64,000 nucleotides of DNA from Eledone cirrhosa (GCA_964016885.1 OZ024741.1:358980001-359044000), one strand, 5' to 3'; counted from the stretch's first letter, positions 26,991 to 40,925 are shown. The notes: generated by a model not told the origin, from the sequence alone. Numbers and translations: made by a program.

Positions 26991-27510
26991 ACATCGAACA
27001 ATGGAAGGATGTATATGTATATGTGTGCATGCGTGTATGCATGTGTGTGTCTATATTTATGCTTGTATTTGTATTTATCTCCTGTAACTTATGTCCTGGT
27101 TCAACAAAAAGCGATCAATAAAATAAGTATCGGATTTGAATAAATAGGTTGTGGGATTTATATTATCAACTAAATCTTTACATGGTGATGCTCCAGCATG
27201 GCCAGTCTAAGGAATCAAACCAATAAGAATGACTTAATGAGTAATATAAAGATTAATGTTTGCTATTCCACTTGACAAATCATCCATTATCCTGCCAATT
27301 CTCCCTTGGATGATTCTCTTTAAATCCACCTGTCACCTGCTTAAAACATTTGAGATATTGATTAAAAACACACCCACTCACACACTGTTTATTGTGTTTT
27401 CATATTTGAAGTCTTTCTACATTGTGGATGCATGATTGCCAAATGGTTAATCCCTTTGATACAAATCTGCCTAAGACTAGCCCACTTCTATCATAAAAAT
27501 CTGTCCATTT

Positions 27511-27740
27511 TAACCCTTTTAATACTAACCCGGCCAAAACTAGCTGTTTCTAAGAAACAAAACCCACCCTTTTTAAAGGGTTCCTATTTAAATTTAAACA
27601 TTTCAACATAATTTTATATAAACACCATATATTAAGATATCTTAGTAACAGTAATAATTTTACTGCATCTTTCAAGTTTCTTAGTTAATTAATTGAAATA
27701 AAATGTATTTCATTAGAAATATGGTCACAAAAGGGTTAGA
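27511..27740 (+). mobile_element. Second piggyBac-type MITE family (pieces also near 13.9-14.4, 17.55, 20.38, 22.6, 24.2, 30.96, 31.9, 42.85 and 57.25-57.76 kb)
   Basis: TTAACCCTTTT...ACAAAAGGGTTA ends with a conserved ggctctggttctatgaaacaaaa core. Confidence 0.65.
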
Positions 27741-28202
27741 ATGTTTGCAATATTGATTTAACATCTCATTGGAGGAGAGCTAAAGAGAATGTCCCCCACC
27801 TCACCTCACACACATACACACTGTTTTTTTGTATTTTGTTATTTAAAGTATTTCAGCTTGACAAAATGTTTAAGAAGTTCGCTTTACAATCATAAGGTTC
27901 TCAGTTTCATCCCATGTGACATCTTGGGCAAATATCTTGACCGAAGACTTGTAAATTGAATTGCAAATATTTCTGCGTGAAATATTTGATATTCCCACAA
28001 TAGGTGCAGGCATAGCCATGTAGTCTGCTTTGAGGTTTCAAGTTTGAGTCCATAACATGATATCTTAGACAAGTGTATTTTTTTTACAATAGCATCAGGT
28101 TGACCAATGTTTTGTGAGTGAAATTTTGAACACAGAAACTGTACAAAAGCCCAATCTTATAAATGTATCATCATCATCATTCACTTTCCCTGATTATATA
28201 TA

Positions 28203-30120
28203 TAAAGATATGAAGACGGAGAAGGCAACCGGTCCATCGGGTATAGCTGCCGAGATGCTGAAGGCATCTGGGTCGGTAGGTCACACCATAACCACACGTA
28301 TTGTTAACCAGGTAAAACTAGAAGGTGTCATACCAAAGGATTGGTGCAGTAGCATTATTGTCAACTGCTACAAAGGTAAAGGTGATGCACTAGATAGAGG
28401 AAACTATAGATGTATAAAGCTGATGGACCAGGTCATGAAAGTAACAGAAAGAGTTATAGCACAGTTGATTAAGGACCAGGTGAAACTAGATGAGATGCAA
28501 TTTGGGTTTGTGCCAGGAAGAGGCACCACTGATGCCCTCTTCCTTGTGAGACAGTTACAGAAAAAGTACCTAGCTAAAGGTAAGCCGCTCTACCTTGCAT
28601 TCGTCGATCTCGAGAAAGCCTTTGACAGAGTTCACCGTGCTATAATCTGGTGAGCTCTTAGAAAACTAGTAGATGAATGGCTTGTGAAAGCTGTACAAGC
28701 AGTCAGCAAAGTTAGGATTAGCAATGACTATAGCGAGGAATTTAGCGTACAGGTTGGTGTCCACCAGGGCTCTGTTCTTAGCACTCTCCTGTTCATCATA
28801 GTCCTGCAGGCAATAACGGAGGAGTTTAAGACCGGATGCCCATGGGAACTCCTGTATGCAGATGACCTCGCACTTATAGCTGAATCTATGGTAGAACTAG
28901 AGAAGAAATTCCAAACTTGGAAGCAGGGACTAGAGAGAAAGGGTCTCAGGGTCAACCTGACAAAGACTAAGGTCCTTGTAAGTAGACGAGAAAATAGAAC
29001 CCAGATCCCCTCAGGGAAATGGCCTTGCTCAGTATGTAGAAAGGGTGTAGGTAGGAACACCATTCTCTGCCCCAAATGTAAACAATGGGTACACAAGAGA
29101 TGTAGCGGGATCTCAGGGAGCTTAACTAAGAATGTAGGCTTCACATGTAGCAGCTGTGCTGGGACAGCAAGCAGCAAACAGCCACAGGAAACAAGTACCA
29201 CCAATCTCTGGGAGGGCTCTGTTGAAACAGTAGACAGCTTCTACTAGCTAGGTGACCGAATTAGCAGCGGAGGTGGGTGTTCGGAAAGTACAATAACTAG
29301 GGTAAGAACGGGATGGAAGAAGTTCAGGGAGCTACTGCCACTGCTAGCTGCAAAAGGCTTTTCCCTTAAAATGAAAGGCAGACTCTATGATGCGTGTATA
29401 CGAACAGCAATGTTACATGGTAGTGAGACCTGGGCGCTGTCTGTGGAAGACTTGCGTAGATTAGAAAGAAACGAAGCCTGCATGCTCCGATGAATGTGTA
29501 ATAGTAATATACGCGAACGGCAAAGCATAAATGAATTGAGAGAGAGACTGAGCATAAGAGGAATCAAATGCTGTGTGCAGGAGAGGCGGTTGCGTTGGTA
29601 TGTACATGTGATGCGTATGAAGGATGACAGCTGCATAAAAAGGTGCAGAGCACTAGACGTCGATGGAGACAGCAGAGTGGGGAGACCCAAGAAGACCTGG
29701 GATGAGGTGATAAAAGCCGACCTTACCCAATTACACCTCTCAAAGGCGATGACACACGACCGTGACCTCTGGCGTCACGCAGTAATACAGAGTACCCGAC
29801 CTCCCATGGGTACAAGCTGAAGCATATAGACAATATGCCCCCACACCCTACCACTGCAAAGTGGTCGTGGAGGTGCCATGGCAAAACAGCACCCAGCCCA
29901 CACTGTAAAGTGGACGTGTAGGCACCACGGAAAAAAGCACCCAGCACTTACTGTAAATGAGGTTGGTGTTAGGAAGGGCATCCGGCTGTAGAAATCAAGC
30001 CAAAATCAGTTCCTGTATGAGCAAGGCATGGTCAGCCGACCAGACACTGCCCACAACAGGACAACTCGTCTAACCCATGCTAGTGTGGAAGAACGGACGT
30101 AAAATGGTGATGATGATGAG
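28203..30120 (+). mobile_element. 5'-truncated copy of the same RTE LINE
   Basis: Colinear with 39000-40925, with several nonsense changes and small deletions; same 3'UTR and (GAT)n tail. Confidence 0.92.
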
Positions 30121-30415
30121 AGAGAGAGAGAGATAGCAGTTCTAGTTCTATAGAAGTCATTGTTATATATAAATATAAAACCTATATCTAACCCATGCTA
30201 GTGTGGAAGATAGATGTTAAACAATGATGATGATGATATGATGTATATAATACTTGTAATATGGTTATTTTTATAAGAGAGAGAACTCAATACACAAGCA
30301 AAGTATGTATGTCTAGTAAGGAAATAGAAGGTACAATTCCTTGTAGTGACTGACCAGTTTCATGAATATATTTGAAAAGACATATATATATAAAAGAAAA
30401 TTGACAGTGACTTAC

Positions 30416-30581
30416 TTTCTGACTGTTAAAGGATCTCCTTCAGAATCAATTTCCGGATTTGGTTCTGGAACTTCAGAGAAATCGTTGATGACTTCAGAGA
30501 TTTGATCAACAACGGCGTCCCAGATCCATTGCCAGCGTGTCTTGGGACCAAGTGAATTGACATCGGTCAAGTCATTGACAA
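30416..30581 (-). CDS. GRAMD4: GRAMD4 exon (VNDLTDV...WQWIWDAVVDQISEVINDFSE...DPLTVR)
   Basis: ttttcag acceptor, AA|gtaagt donor, phase 1 to 2. Confidence 0.9.
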
Positions 30582-31264
30582 CTGAAAATTAACAAAGTGT
30601 ATTTTGGAATTAAACTGAATTGTTTAGACAATGAAACAAGGGTGATATGCATGCAAAAGAATTGTGGGAGTTTTGCAGGAGATCTGTAAGCCTTTTGTAA
30701 GGTCTTTATGAGAATTCTGTAGGGATTTTATAAGATGTTTGTGGGAATTTTGTGATAACTTTTCAGGAGATTTGTGAGATCTTCATGAAGATTTTATGGA
30801 AGTTTTGTGAGAGCTTTACAGGATATTTATGGGAAGTTTTGCAGTGAATAAATCATTTTCACAAGTTCTTTAGTTTGTGGATAACATCATGCATTTGCAC
30901 AATGGTTGGTGCATCTAGATTGCATGTGTAAGGAATGGTATACATGGAGTCTATACACATGTTTGACACTAAATCACCCCTAGTTTTATGATACAAAGCT
31001 GTTTATTTATTTTAGAGTGTTTATATTTATTTAAAAACCTTCCATCATAATTTTGTTCTAAACACCAACTTAATAATAATAAAATTTATTATATTATTAA
31101 ATTCCTTCAAATTTAGAATTATATTCAATAATAATTGAAAATCATAGGCAATGTCTTTCACAAGAAATATGGTAACAAAAGGGTAAAACTATGTTGTGAA
31201 TTCAACCACCATACAAGAAAATATATATTAACTGCTGAAAAATAGTTAAACAATAGTTTGTTAC

Positions 31265-31371
31265 CTTCTCGATCTTCTGTTGGAAGGGAACGATCTTTAA
31301 CTTCATTGGAGTCAGTCTCATCTGGCGAAACATGATGCGTTGCATCAGACTTGCTCCGTTGCACCTTTCTT
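31265..31371 (-). CDS. GRAMD4: GRAMD4 exon (RKVQRSKSDATHH...LPTEDRE)
   Basis: cttccag acceptor, G|gtaaca donor, phase 2 to 1, bridges the neighbouring exons. Confidence 0.8.
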
Positions 31372-31399
31372 CTGGAAGTGTTAATTGTAAAAAAAAAAA

Positions 31400-31870
31400 T
31401 GTTTGGATTTAATTTTTAAAATGTGTGGTTTTAGTAAAAAAAATATGTATAGATTTAATAGAAATGTGTGAATTAATAAAAAATATGTGAATTAATAAAA
31501 AATACGCATGAATTAATAAAAATACGTGTGTGGATTTAATGAAAATATGTGTTGATTCAATTACAATGTGTGTGGATTTAATTTTAAAATGTGTGGATTA
31601 AATAAAAGATGTATGGATTAAATAAAAATGTGTTGATTTAATAAAAAAAATAAGTGTGAATTTAATAAAAATGTGTGGATCTAATAAACATATGTGGATT
31701 TATTAAAAAGTATGTGTGGATTTAAGGAAAATATGTGTGAATTTAATAATAATGTGTGTGTGGATTTAATGATGTGTGGATTTAAAAAAAATGTGGATTA
31801 ATAAAAAAAAATGTATGGATTTAATGAAAGTGTGTGCGAATTTAATAAAACTATGAGTGGATTTAACATG
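31400..31870. repeat. Degenerate ~20-bp tandem repeat TGTGGATTTAATAAAAA (another ~19-bp array at 30655-30845)
   Basis: More than 20 imperfect copies directly upstream of an exon acceptor. Confidence 0.85.
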
Positions 31871-33141
31871 AATGAAATAATTTTTTTTCTTTTTCTTTTA
31901 TAGCTGAACTCTTGATACCAACTCAGGTAAAACTGACTTCGATTTTATAACACAAAACTGTTTGTTTAAAAGTGTTTATATTTTAATTAAAAACTGTTGT
32001 CATAATTTTATGTATGAACCCTCTGTTACCTTTTAACAATCTGTAATGATTTGGCTAAAAAATAGTATCTTTACTAGTGGATAGATTGTTTTGAAAATTT
32101 GCTGTATTAAAATAAAGACGTCAATTTTTAATGTAATGCTGTCATAGTGCTATTTTGAGTTTTTTTAAAATTCCTTGCTAATGCAGTTTCATTTAGAGTT
32201 AAGTAATATTTCAATCACCATCTTAATAATAAAAAAGTTAAGCTATGATACTAAATTCCTTTGAATTCTTCATTTTTTTTTCCAAATTAATTAAAACACA
32301 TAGAAATGAAGTTATCTACTGTACACTGGGTTGGAATGCTTACAACAGAGTTTTAAAAAAGTGAAGTCTGTCCCAAAATTTGTTGCTCAACAAGTCAGAA
32401 ATTTTTCTAGTTACATTGGCATTAACCAAATGAGAGTACAAAGCCCTGCCCTGAATTGGACATAAGTCCATTGCAAGGTTAACTCCCAGCTACCACTGAT
32501 ACTCATTTTCAGCTGAGTGGATTAGAGTGCAATGAAGTGTCTTGTTCAAAGACATAATGTGCCACTCAGTCTCAAACCTGCCAACCTCTAAAAACCCAAA
32601 CGGGGAGTACCATGTAAAAAAGTGCCCCAAAACGAGGAGAAATGAGGCAAAATGGGAAGATATTACATAATGAAAGCTATACCCATTTTTACAAGAGAAG
32701 ACATCTCTCACCCACCCCAAAGTGGGTAGGAGATCTCTCCATCAGACAGGGAGAGTTGAGAGGTCTACAGTCTGGTAATTGAATCCATGATGTTACAATT
32801 GTAAGCTCAACAATTTAACCACTATTTGTCAAATTGTGATGTTATGGGAGATAAACAATCAACACTAGTTGTTAAATAGAGTAGATATAAACCCAGAAAC
32901 AGACATTCATTAAAAAAATGTATTGAAATATATATAATCTTTCCTTACATAACCCTACTCTACAATAAAATACAAGCCTAAAGTAGCCAAAACACACTAC
33001 AGAAAATATAATTACTCAATTAAATAAAATTCAAATTCAAACCACAACAGAAAAAAATCCTTTGTACCAGAGAAGCAAAATCTAAATTTGATAATTAAAA
33101 CAAAACTGAATTTTAAAAAGGCAAAAGGGAAATAAATTTAC

Positions 33142-33262
33142 CGTCTCTTCTCTAAAGTCTGACATTTCTCTTCCAAATGTATATTTCGGCTTTTCTCATA
33201 GTCAAGTTCCTGCTTAACTTTCTCAAATTGACAGGCTTTCTTATATTCTTGTAATTCACTAC
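33142..33262 (-). CDS. GRAMD4: GRAMD4 exon (SELQEYKKACQFEKVKQELDYEKSRNIHLEEKCQTLEKR), coiled coil
   Basis: ttccag acceptor, CG|gtaaat donor, phase 1 to 2. Confidence 0.88.
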
Positions 33263-33734
33263 CTGGAAGTAGTTTTGAAATGTAAAGAACATGAACACAG
33301 TTAAAAACTGAAACTTGCTGCAGTCATCATCACAGTTTAACATCTATTTTCCATGCTTGCATGAATTAGACAGGCTGTAACATATTAAAGTTAAACTGGT
33401 CACGTGACCATGTCAGACTCATTATTCTGTTTTGGGCTTGGTTTCTATAGTTGGATGCCCCTACTAATGTGAACCACTTTACAGCATGTACCAGGACCAC
33501 CACCTAACAGGATGGACTGGATACATTTTTATCATGGCACCAGCACTACCACTTTACATAATGGGCTGGATACATTTTTATCATGGCACCAGCATCCATA
33601 TATATATTCTTTTATTGGTTCCAGTCATTAGACTACAGCCATGTGGGATCACTGTCTTGAAAGGGTTTAGAGTGCGGCACCTCAAGCCAATGCCTAGTGA
33701 GTGGCATTTGGAGGATTTAAACTGTGGAAGTCCA

Positions 33735-33788
<54 letters not shown>

Positions 33789-34285
33789 ATGCCCGTCCAC
33801 ATCTGTGTTTACCATTGCTGTTTATTTATATCCCATAACAAGTACCAGACTTGAAAAAATAAGGACTAGGTTTGATATGATTGACAAAATCCCTTCAACA
33901 CAGTACTGCAGTCTAATGACCAATACTAGTAACAGATCTAAAGAAAGAACACATCTGGATTCATACTGAAGTAAAAAGTTCAAATCACTAAAGGCAGAAT
34001 TCCATCAAAACAATTTACATGGAAGAAAAATAATGAAGAAAAAAGAGGACTTGAGGGTAAAAATTTGGTAAGGCGCCTAACTTAATGTGAAATTCCTTCT
34101 ATAATAAATTTTTATGTCTGAATTTTATAATTTAGCCAGCACTTCTTCCTAAAATGGTCTGAACAGCTGGAACAAACTACTCATCATCGGCTTGTTCTAT
34201 CAATTATATTGCAGCCTTGAGCTAGGAATATTCTTACACTTGTTTTAATTAACCCAACAGGAAAAACAAAATATATATTTATATG

Positions 34286-34320
<35 letters not shown>

Positions 34321-34875
34321 AATGTTCTTTTGAAAGACAAGGTGAAAAAGAACAAGAAAGAATTCTTTAAAGCCAGCAAATTGCTAAATATTTTACCTTA
34401 TTCTGAAGGGATGCCAAGAAAGTGGTATTTTTCATAATATTTATCTTTCTTGAAAAATGCTTTTTTTTTCTTTTTTTTTTTTTTGGAAGTTGTACTTGTT
34501 TGGCAAGTGACTTGATCTGAGATTGGTGTGTTGAAACTAAAGCAATTACATCATAGAAGATTTGTTTTAGCCATTCAAAAAAAAACATACAAAAACTGTT
34601 AGATTCACTTGACATTTATCATTTATTTCTTATATACGAACATAATTTTATGTATAACTTAAAATATGGAATAGTTGATGATGATGATATAGATAGATAT
34701 ATCATCATCATCATCATTTACCATCCATTTTTTTAATGCTGGCATGGGTTGGCTAGGTTGTCACGGACTAAGTCAGCATAGAGCTACTATTCCTCCTAGA
34801 CAGGCTGGGGGAGATATCTCAATTACATATATTCCAGTTTTGGTATGGTTTCTACTGCTAGTTGTCCTTCTGTCA

Positions 34876-36155
34876 CTAACCCTTGCTGCCTAACCCTAAC
34901 TGTTGTCATGACATCAAAATGTCAATTGAAGTTGAAGTGCACCATAAGTTGTTTACATTTCATATTCCTAGTCAAACCACGACCACAGTCATAGTCTGAG
35001 GGGTACTCCTTTCTGATGTAAAATACTGTAATTAGGATGAATTATAAAGCTATTTTTAGCTTAAACCAATCAAGGAGTGTTTTATGAATAATTTCTGAAT
35101 ATAAGGGCACATTGAAATTAATCATTCCCTTTTTGAGAGAGCGAGAGAGACACGGAGCAACATGTTTTAATAACAATAATTTATATCAACAAATATGGCA
35201 TCAAAAAGTGAAAATGAAACATTTTTCGAAGGCTTTACTGAGACTTATTTAGTTGAAGTACAAAAAAATAAGATTCTCTTATTGAAAATTAACAGAATTT
35301 ATCAGACATTGATTTAATGTCAAAATCTGATTCTGATGATGATGATATATCAATGAATTCAAGTGAAAATGAAGACATTAGTGATCACACACACGTTGGA
35401 ATGGAGTGATCGATTTTCTGAAGATGATGCTGATGTATTCAGAGGAAATCCTGGAGTAGTAAATATTTTGGATACTGAGAAGAAAGAACTAGATTTTTTC
35501 TTTCAAATATTTAATAAAGATTTCTTTGATTTTCTGGGAATTGAAACAAACAATTGTGCAAAAACGAAAGGCCCAGATCAGAAATGGTGAAACACAGTTG
35601 CTTCAGAAATGAGGGCCTATATTGTGTTTCAGATAGTGATGGGAGTTGTTTCTGTCCCTAATCAGGCCATGCATTTTTTAATAGATATCTTATTCTGGCC
35701 AGCGGGGATCAGGGAAATGATTACAAGGGACAGACTGGACAAACTGAATCAGTAGTTCCATGTTTCTGATGTTGCCCAGAAACCAGCATGTAGTCACCTT
35801 AAGTACGACAAACTTGCCTGTGTTTAGCTGTTTATTGAAAGGATACATAGGAACAAAGTCACAGTACAGTCCACACTGATTTCATTGGATGACTTGTCTT
35901 CAAACAATATCTTCCACTGAAACCTACAAAGTTTGGGATAAAAGTATGAAGGCAGGCTGATCCACACAACAGCTATGTAAACGACTTCCAAGTTTATACA
36001 GCGAAAGTCCCAAATCAAAACTAACAAGGACTTGGAGAAAGAGTTGTGAAAGACCTCGGGAAGGTCATATGGGGAAAAAAAAAAATCACATGTATTGTGA
36101 TAATTTTTTCTCCTGTGTCAAACTCTTTCAGAAACTTTTACGCTTGCACAGGTTA
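34876..36155 (+). mobile_element. Decayed, internally deleted piggyBac (PGBD4-like) transposon
   Basis: Broken frames: LDFFFQIF..IETN, EMRAYIVFQIVMG, MITRDRLDKLNQ*FHVSD, KYDKL, KPTKFGIK, HMYCDNFFS; ends in GGTTAA. Confidence 0.75.
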
Positions 36156-36490
36156 ACAAATATAAACCACTATTAAACGTAATTGTCCCCTCATTAGGCA
36201 ATAAATAATTATCTATAGATGGGAATAACCAATCTACAAACATCTGTAAGCAAACCACACACACGTACACACACTCACCACAAAATAAAAGGAAAAATCA
36301 TAGCTCTAATGAAACCTTTTCACTTTTCTTCTTTTATTTTTTCAAATCCTCCTTTGACCAATGTAATCCCCCACCCTAAAAAGGATCATTTTCAATCACG
36401 TTTATGCCTATATTTGTATTTTTATTTACTCCTCTTATTCCTTTTATTCTTGCTTTTATCTATAAATCCTTAAAATAATCTTGAACTCTT

Positions 36491-36525
<35 letters not shown>

Positions 36526-36863
36526 CAAAACAAAAGAAAAATTTTATATCCACTCTTAGTTATTTTTAGCTATTTTCACAAACACTAAAAATAACTTGAA
36601 CACTTGACACAATATAACACACCACAAAATTCCATCTGGACCATTATTAGGAATAGAAAAGGAATTTTCTATTTAAACCAAGAGCATTTTCTAATGTATC
36701 AATTGAATCCTGATCTGCAGAAGCTCACTTCCACCCCACCTTCATCAAGAAATGTTCACATATATTCTAACTGCCCACAGAATATGAGAACAAACAGTTT
36801 TAATAATTGATAAAATCGACATACCAATCAAAACTGGTAATATTTGACAACATTTAAATCCAT

Positions 36864-37261
36864 TTAACCCTTTAACATTTGCATTACTCTATATTCACTA
36901 TTGTATTTTGGTGGTAAATATCGAATATATGAGATTTTGATATTATTTACTTTGAGAATTCCTTAACATCAGTATGAGCAGCCAGTTACAGCCAGTTTGA
37001 ACAGAAAGAGGTGAGAGGATTCAGTTCTAATGTTAAAGGGTTAATGTAACAATTATTAAAATATTAATTCTATTGGATTAACCCTTTAGCATTTAAACCA
37101 GCCATATCCGGGCTTAATTCTCTCACCTCTTTCTGTTCAAACCTGCCACAACCAGCCGCTTATATCAATGTTACAGTATTGTTCTCAAAATAAATAATAA
37201 TATCATCAAAATCTATTATGTGAAATACAATAGTAGAGTAACGTAAATGTAAAAGGGTTAA
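36864..37261. mobile_element. Two piggyBac-type MITE copies in inverted tandem (other copies at about 21760-21990 and 48008-48206)
   Basis: Each is bounded by TTAA-CCCTTT...AAAGGG-TTAA; internal sequences are reverse complements. Confidence 0.75.
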
Positions 37262-37366
37262 AGAAAAGGTCTTTAAATATACTCCTGTGCTTTTTCACTT
37301 TTACTTTTTACCTAAATATATACTGTATATATATATATGTATATGTATATATGTGTATATATATAT

Positions 37367-40300
37367 ATACTACTACCTAACTAACTCTGTCGCAGCCCAA
37401 CACACCCTGCCATTATCCCACCACCACTGTTCTTCTAGTCCTCAATTTTCCAACCGTTATGGATGGATGAGCTGAGAATAAATTTGAGCAACTCTGAATC
37501 AATAGATGAAATATGAATCTGCGAGCTACCAAGCACCCACGTGAAGCGCCAACCCAGAGACCCTTCCCTACGAGTGTCGACAAATGACCAAAACTCCGAG
37601 TTGGTACCATCAATGTAGGTTCAATGAAAGGAAGAGCAGGAGAAATCGTAGAAATGCTAGAGCGAAAGGAAATTGATATATGTTGTGTGCAAGAAACTAG
37701 ATGGAGAGGAGAGTCTGCCAGAGTCCTTGTAGGAAAAAGTCGGTGCTACAAATTTTTCTGGGTGGGAAATGACGATGGGATGGGTGGTGTAGGTATACTA
37801 CTAGCTGACAAGTGGGTAGATAAAGTAATCTCAGTGTACAGGGTAAATGCAAGAATCATTAAACTCAGACTAGTCCTGAACAAAACAATTACCACAATAA
37901 TATCAGCTTACGCACCCCAATCGGGGCTGCCAGACGAACTTAAGGATAGGTTTTACGAGTCCCTAATGCACACTACTGCTCTAACAGACGACAATGACTT
38001 CCTAATCATCGCAGGAGATTTTAACGGACACGTAGGTAAACACTGCGACGGCTTCAATAGAGTACATAGAGGCCATGGGGTTGGCACAAGGAATGAGGAA
38101 GGATTCAGACTTCTAGAATTCTGCGACGCCAATGACATGTCGATATGTAACACAAACTTTAAAAAACCCGACAACCACCTGATCACCTATAGATCAGGGG
38201 AGCACTCTAGTCAGTTAGATTTTATCCTCATCAGAGGACGTGACAGATGGACGGTCGTAAACACAAAAGCCTTCCCTAGTGAGGAATGTACATCCCAACA
38301 TAGCTTAGTTGTCAGCGACCTCACGGTCAGAACTAGACGAACCCGGAAACAGAGGCCAACCTGGAGAAGAAAGATCTGGAAGCTGAAAGTCCCCTCAACC
38401 AGTAACAGATTTAAAGATATTTTACTCAACGCCTACGACAGTAAAGAAGAACAGATAAAGACATTTAATGTAGAAGAGAACTGGGACTTCCTAAAAAACA
38501 ATTTACTCGAGGCGACGGATGAGGTCTGTGGCTGGAGTAAGACCTCAAGCAGGAGGAGAGTGACTTGGTGGTGGAACAATAAGGTAGATGAAGCAGTTAA
38601 GGCCAAGAGACAGGCATGGAAAGAATGGAAGAACGGGGGGAGCAGGGTACATTACATAGAGACCAAGAGGGAAGCTAGGCGACAAGTATACTTAGCTAGG
38701 AGGGAAGCAGAGGATAGAAAATTCAAGCATGTTTTGCAACGTGAAGACCAGAAACAGGAGGTATTCAAGAATGCGAGGCAGTGTGTCAGAGATAGTTGCG
38801 ATGTCATTGGAGAGAAGTGTATCCGGAATGATAAAGGTGAGCTTGCCCTCACAAGTGCTGAGAAGAAAGATGCATGGAAGAGTCATTATGATAGATTACT
38901 AAATGAGGAGAATGCATGGGAAGAAGAGACCCTACCCCAAGTAGACCCTATAGAGGGACCAGCAGTACAAGTCAGCAGCAGCGTAGTAAGTAAGGCAATC
39001 AAAGATATGAAGATGGGGAAGGCAGCCGGTCCATCGGGTATAGCTGCCGAGATGCTGAAGGCATCTGGGTCTGTAGGTCACACTATAACCACACGTATTG
39101 TTAACCAGGTAATACTAGAAGGTGCCATACCAAAAGATTGGTGCAGTAGCATCATTGTCAACTGCTACAAAGGTAAAGGCGATGCACTAGATAGAGGAAA
39201 CTATAGAGGTATAAAATTGATGGACCAGGTCATGAAAGTAACAGAAAGAGTTATAGCAGGGTTAGGGACCGGGTGAAAATAGACGAGATGCAATTTGGGT
39301 TTGTACCAGGAAGAGGCACCACTGCTGCCCTCTTCCTTGTGAGGCAATTACAGGAAAAGTACCTAGCTAAAAGTAAGCCACTCTACTTGGCATTTGTCGA
39401 CCTTGAGAAAGCCTTTAACAGAGTTCCACGTGCTGTAATCTGGTGGGCTCTTAGAAAACTAGGAGTAGATGAATGGCTTGTGAAAGCGGTACAAGCCATG
39501 TATAGGGGAGCAGTCAGCGAAGTTAGGATTAGCAATGAGTATAGCGAGGAATTTAGCGTACAGGTTGGGGTCCACCAGGGCTCTGTTCTTAGCCCCCTCC
39601 TGTTCATCATAGTCCTGCAGGCAATAACGGATGAGTTTAAGACCGGATGCCCATGGGAACTCCTGTATGCTGATGACCTCGCACTTATAGCTGAGTCTAT
39701 GGTAGAACTAGAGAATAAATTCCAAACTTGGAAGCAGGGCCTAGAAAGAAAGGGCCTCAAAGTCAACATGACAAAGACTAAAGTCCTTGTAAGTAGACGA
39801 GAAAACAGAACCCAGATCCCCTCAGGGAAATGGCCTTGCTCAGTATGTAGGAAAGGTGTAGGTAGGAACTCCATTCTCTGCCCCAAATGCAAACAATGGG
39901 TACACAGGAGATGTAGCGGGATCTCAGGAAGCTTAATTAAGAATGTAGGCTTCACATGCAGCAGCTGTGCTGAGACAGCAAGCAGCAAACAGCCACAGGA
40001 AACAAGTACCACCAATCTCTGGGAGGGCTCTGTAGAAACAGTAGACAGCTTCTGCTACCTAGGTGACCGAATTAGCAGCGGAGGTGGGTGTTCAGAAAGT
40101 ACAATAACTAGGGTAAGAACGGGATGGAAGAAGTTTAGGGAACTACTACCACTGCTAGCTGCAAAAGGCTTCTCCCTCAGAATGAAAGGCAGACTGTATG
40201 ATGCGTGTATCCGAACAGCAATGTTGCATGGTAGTGAGACCTGGGCGCTGAAGGTGGAAGACTTACGTAGATTAGAGAGAAACGAAGCCTGCATGCTCCG

Positions 40301-40925
40301 ATGGATGTGTAACAGTAATATACGTGAACGACAAAGCATAAAGGAATTGAGAGAGAGACTGAGCATAAGAGGAATCAAATGCTGTGTGCAGGAGAGGCGG
40401 TTGCGCTGGTATGGACATGTGATGCGTATGGAGGATGACAGCTGCATAAAAAGGTGCAGAGCACTAGAAGTTGTGGAAACCGCGGAGTGGGGAGACCCAA
40501 GATGACCTGGGATGAGGTGATAAAAGCCGACCTTACCCAATTACACCTTTCAAAGGCAATGACACACGACCGTGACTTCTGGCGTCACGCAGTAATACAG
40601 AGTACCCGACCTCCCATGGGTACAAGCTGAAGCATATAGACAATATGCCCCCAAACCCCCCACCTCAAAGTGGTCGTGGAGGTGCCACGGCAAAAAAGCA
40701 CCCAGCCCACACTGTAAAGTGGACGTGTAGGCGCCACGAAAAAACACCCAGCACTCACTGTAAATGAGGTTGGTGTTAGGAAGGGCATCCAGCTGTAGAA
40801 ATCAAGACAAATCAGTTCCTATATGAGCAAGGCATGGTCAGCCGACCAGACACTGCCCACAACAGGACAACCTGTCTAACCCATGCTAGCGTGGAAGAAG
40901 GGACGTAAAACGGTGATGATGATGA
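37367..40925 (+). mobile_element. Near-full-length RTE-clade LINE (APE endonuclease + RT with internal PHD finger), (GAT)n tail
   Basis: APE motifs (LRVGTINV, VQETRW, SAYAPQ, AGDFNGHVG, SQH) and RT motifs (QFGF, FVDLEKAF, GVHQGSVLSP, LYADD, YLG); 3' tail gatgatgatgat; TA tracts on both sides. Confidence 0.93.
37513..40630 (+). pseudogene. Disrupted single ORF of the RTE LINE
   Basis: In-frame TGA at 37585; net 4-nt loss near 39260 and 1-nt loss near 40473 relative to the 28.2-30.1 kb copy; original stop TGA 40628-40630. Confidence 0.85.

Noticed and set aside
39255-39280. Programmed frameshift or two-ORF organisation of the LINE
   Set aside because: The sister copy at about 28460 reads through in one frame; the break is a small deletion
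39383-40540. Antisense ORFs over the LINE
   Set aside because: Shadows of the sense RT frame with no recognisable motifs
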